Source: Mobula hypostoma
Lineage: Eukaryota
Length of the DNA: 64,000 nt
Direction: 5' to 3'
NCBI RefSeq assembly: GCF_963921235.1
Contig: NC_086118.1
Coordinates: forward strand, 24,926,001 to 24,990,000
The notes below the pieces were generated by a model that saw only the letters and a list, made by a program, of their open reading frames with translations, searched no databases and was not told the DNA's origin. Below, in pieces: positions 61,052-64,000 of this stretch (position 1 is its first letter; every line of letters starts with the position of its first letter). Both the position numbers and the translations under genes were made by a program.

Positions 61052-61189
61052 GACAAATAAGAGAAAATCAACTGATGGTGGAAATTCAAGCAACACATAC
61101 AAGATGCTGGAGGAACTCAGCAGGCTAGGCAGCATCTATGGGGAAAAAACTACAGTCGACGTTTCGGGCTGAGACCCGTCGGCAGGACT
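61052..61189 (-). mobile_element. Solo Penelope pLTR starting at the hammerhead motif
   Basis: Terminus only; flanked by an imperfect repeat tgtgactgct / tgtggctgct. Confidence 0.8.
61153..61189 (-). ncRNA. Minimal hammerhead-like motif with CUGCCGA core variant
   Basis: Minus strand AGTC-CTGCCGA-C-GGG-TCTCAG-CCC-GAAA-CGTC-GACT: stems I and II intact, core position 6 is C. Confidence 0.6.
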
Positions 61190-61929
61190 TTGTGGCTGCT
61201 CCATTTTCTTTGGATCTTCTTTTGTGACATGGAGACAGTCTGCAGAAGCTGAAATCTGGTGCAAAAAAGACGAACTGCTCAAGGATACAGCAAGTCAAGC
61301 AGCATTTCTGTTGGCACGGTGGAAGGAATCGGCTTCTTCACAACATAGAAAGGTGTTGTTTAAAAGGAATCTCATACTTCGGCAGAAAAAATAGTTTGCT
61401 GGAGGGGGTGGGTAATTGCATAATTTTGTGTTTAATCTGTTACTTACAGTTTACCTATAAATCCTGAATTCAGAGATAGCCACAGGAGATGGGATCAGGA
61501 TTTTTTTTTTCTTTTGATGTAAGATTCTATTTGTGTTCTTTCTGTTACTGAATATCCAAGGTAAAATTCGAAGAGTGGAAGGCTTCTGGACTAGGGCAGC
61601 ATCAAGATTGTGTATCAGACAGTATAATAGTGATATTAAAGGTACCATGTAAATACAGTATGTTAAAGCTACCAATTAAACTTGTCTATGTCAATTTCAT
61701 TGGTGCCCATTAGCATCAAGAAATCTTTATATCAGTGTGACAGTTATCCAGTTCTTTGCAGCTGAGACAGTGGCTATGGATTAAGGACTTGACTAAGAAA
61801 GATTTGAGAGCAGGGAATGAAGTCACTGACTTGACTAGAGAGCAGTGTGATTGTATTTGAAATGATGATCATTTTCACAGCATGTTTCTTCAACACTTTC
61901 CACAATGTATTTGTGTTATTGGAAATGCA

Positions 61930-62430
61930 AGGTTAAGCAGGCAGAATATTTGAATCTCATATTCCATCCAGGTAGCCTCCAACCTGACGGCATGAACAGC
62001 TTGCCTCCAACTTCCAATGTTTTTTCTCCCTTCCTTTTCCCTCTCCTTGAATTCCCCACCTTGGCCTCTTACCTCTTCTCCTCACCTATCTGTCACCCTT
62101 CAGTGCCCCTCCTCCTTCCCTTTTTCTCATGGTCCACTCTCCTATCAGTTTCTTTCTTCTCCAGCCCTTATCTTTTCCACCTATCACCTCCCAGCTTCTT
62201 ACTTTAATTCTCTTCCCCCACCCACCTGGCTTCACCTATCACCTTCTAGCTTGTACTTCCCCTCCCCTTCCCACCTTCTTATTCTGGCTTCTTCCTCCTC
62301 CTTTTCCACTCCTGACGAAGGGTCTTGGCCCAAAATGTCAACTGTTTACTCATTTCCATAGATGCTACCTGACCTGCTGAGTTCCTCCAGCGGTTTGTAT
62401 GTGTTACTATGCATTTCCAGGATCTGATAA
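61930..62430 (+). mobile_element. Penelope-like element 3' fragment
   Basis: LIFHPGSLQPDGMN; pLTR with CTGACGA core at 62307-62344 (GAAA decayed to AAAA). Confidence 0.85.
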
Positions 62431-62687
62431 GTCCACTGTGTTTATATTTGAAAAGCTAAAAGTTTGTATATTTCAGAATTCAGTGGCACAGATTTTGTGG
62501 TTGAAATGATGGAGAAATAGTTGTCATGTGGTTCTGTAATATTGTGGAAGGAACAACACCCTCTGGGGATGATGGCAGGGTGGACAAGATCTTAGATTAC
62601 TAACTAGAAGTCTAGACTGTGGATCCCAATTTCAAAATTCCAGCAATTGGTTATGTATTTATGAAGGTACCAAAGAATCATCAACAT

Positions 62688-63232
62688 ACATAGAAGCATA
62701 GAAAATCTACAGCACAATACATGCCCTTCGGCCCACAAAGCTGTGCTGAACATGTCCTTACCTTAGAACTACCTAGACTTACCCATAGCCCTCTATTTTT
62801 CTAAGCTCCATGTATCCATCCAGGAGTCTCTTAAAAGACCCTATCGTTTCCGCCTCCACCACTGCTGCCAACAGCCCATTCCACGCACTCACCACTCTCT
62901 GCGTAAAAAACTTACTCCTGACATCTCCTCTGTACCTACTTCCAAGCACCTTAAAACTATGTCCTCGCATGCTAGCTATTTCAGTCCTGGGAAAAAGCCT
63001 CTGACTATCCACACGATCAATGCCTCTCATTATCTTATACACCTCTATCAGGTCACCTCTCATCCTCCATCGCTCCAAGGAGAAAAGGCCGAGTTCACTC
63101 ATCCTATTCTCATAAGGCATGCTCCCCAATCCAGGTAACATCCTTGTAAATCTCCTCTGCACCCCTTCTATGGTTTCCATGTCCTTCTTGTAGTGAGGTG
63201 ACCAGATTTGAGCACAATACTCCAAGTGGGGT
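62688..63232 (-). mobile_element. CR1 3' end with open ORF2 C-terminal frame (62779-63225)
   Basis: LEYCAQIWSPHYKKD...QRRFTRMLPGL...LGLFSLERWRMRGDLIEVYKIMRGIDRVD...FFTQRVVSAWNGL; tail ttctatgcttctatg. Confidence 0.92.
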
Positions 63233-64000
63233 CGTACAATGAAATTTGAATCAAATATAGGCCAGACCTGACAATGATATACAAGAGAAAATCTGCATAA
63301 AATGATACGTTTATCATGTTTCTGTAGCTATGCATTCTACTGCAAGTCACACTACCTACAGAATATAATTTTGCCCCTGAAAATCAACTCCGGATCTAAG
63401 CCTTTTGAACTGCTATTTAAGACCTTTATAGTTTTAAACATCATTCCATTTTTAGTTTCATTTTAATGTTAGTTTATGAGCTTTCATCTTGTACCGTACC
63501 CACTCTTTATTACATTCTATTACATATTTAAAGGTTTACCTGAAATGGAGGTTTTATTTTCTAATTTGCAGTCTATGCGATATTTTGTTTGTGACAGGCC
63601 ATTCAGCGAATGATGTGAGTATTTCTGGGCTTCAGAGGATGGTGTCGCTGCAGCTAGAATTCCTGTCTAGGTCTTTGCGAGCAGATTTTATTGAGATTGA
63701 TGGTGAACATTATAATTCTGCTTCTCAGAAGAAAATTTGGGCCTTGTAATATTTAGTGTCATTATTGCTGAAAATTCTATGTTAATTAGGTGGGCTACTA
63801 GAGTTTGCATTCTTCAGTTAGACTCTAGCGGATCCTGACATCAATTAGTGTCAAATATGGTTACAGATGTAATGGTGAATCAATGCATCTTTTGCCATGC
63901 AGAGAGTTGAGGAGACCACAAATGTTGCTATGTTGGTATGGATTCAGAATCTTTAAATAGTTTGAGTCTCCAGGTTGATGCATTAGTATACTTCATGGAC

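Overview
This is AT-rich, repeat-dense eukaryotic (vertebrate) genomic DNA. The repeat complement (HE1-like V-SINEs, a DeuSINE, abundant CR1, Rex1/Babar-like LINEs, Penelope-like elements) points to a cartilaginous fish, probably a ray; that assignment is inference. I see no complete or recognisable host protein-coding gene, and the window looks like a large intron or gene desert. The informative ORFs in the track are transposon remnants or their antisense shadows. Main contents: (1) a decayed Gypsy LTR element (8836-13342, minus strand, 5-bp TSD) carrying two nested insertions; (2) many CR1 fragments; (3) Rex1/Babar-like RT fragments; (4) a restriction-like-endonuclease (HERO-like) LINE 3' end; (5) Tc1-like and Tigger4-like DNA transposon relics; (6) tRNA-derived SINEs with RTE-type tails; (7) more than ten Penelope-like (GIY-YIG) pieces whose termini carry minimal hammerhead-ribozyme motifs. 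The most unusual structures are Penelope-related: a tandem array of ~43-bp hammerhead-only units (40182-40600), an 88-bp-arm fold-back insertion that turns at the hammerhead core (32609-32829), a recurrent CUGCNGA core variant, and a perfect 70-bp inverted templated insertion copied from ~680 bp away. Several repeat-free islands look like conserved non-coding elements, and four weak exon candidates are noted. I cannot demonstrate a wholly new biological system from sequence alone. Boundaries of old repeats are approximate, and family names come from my recollection of motifs, not a database search.
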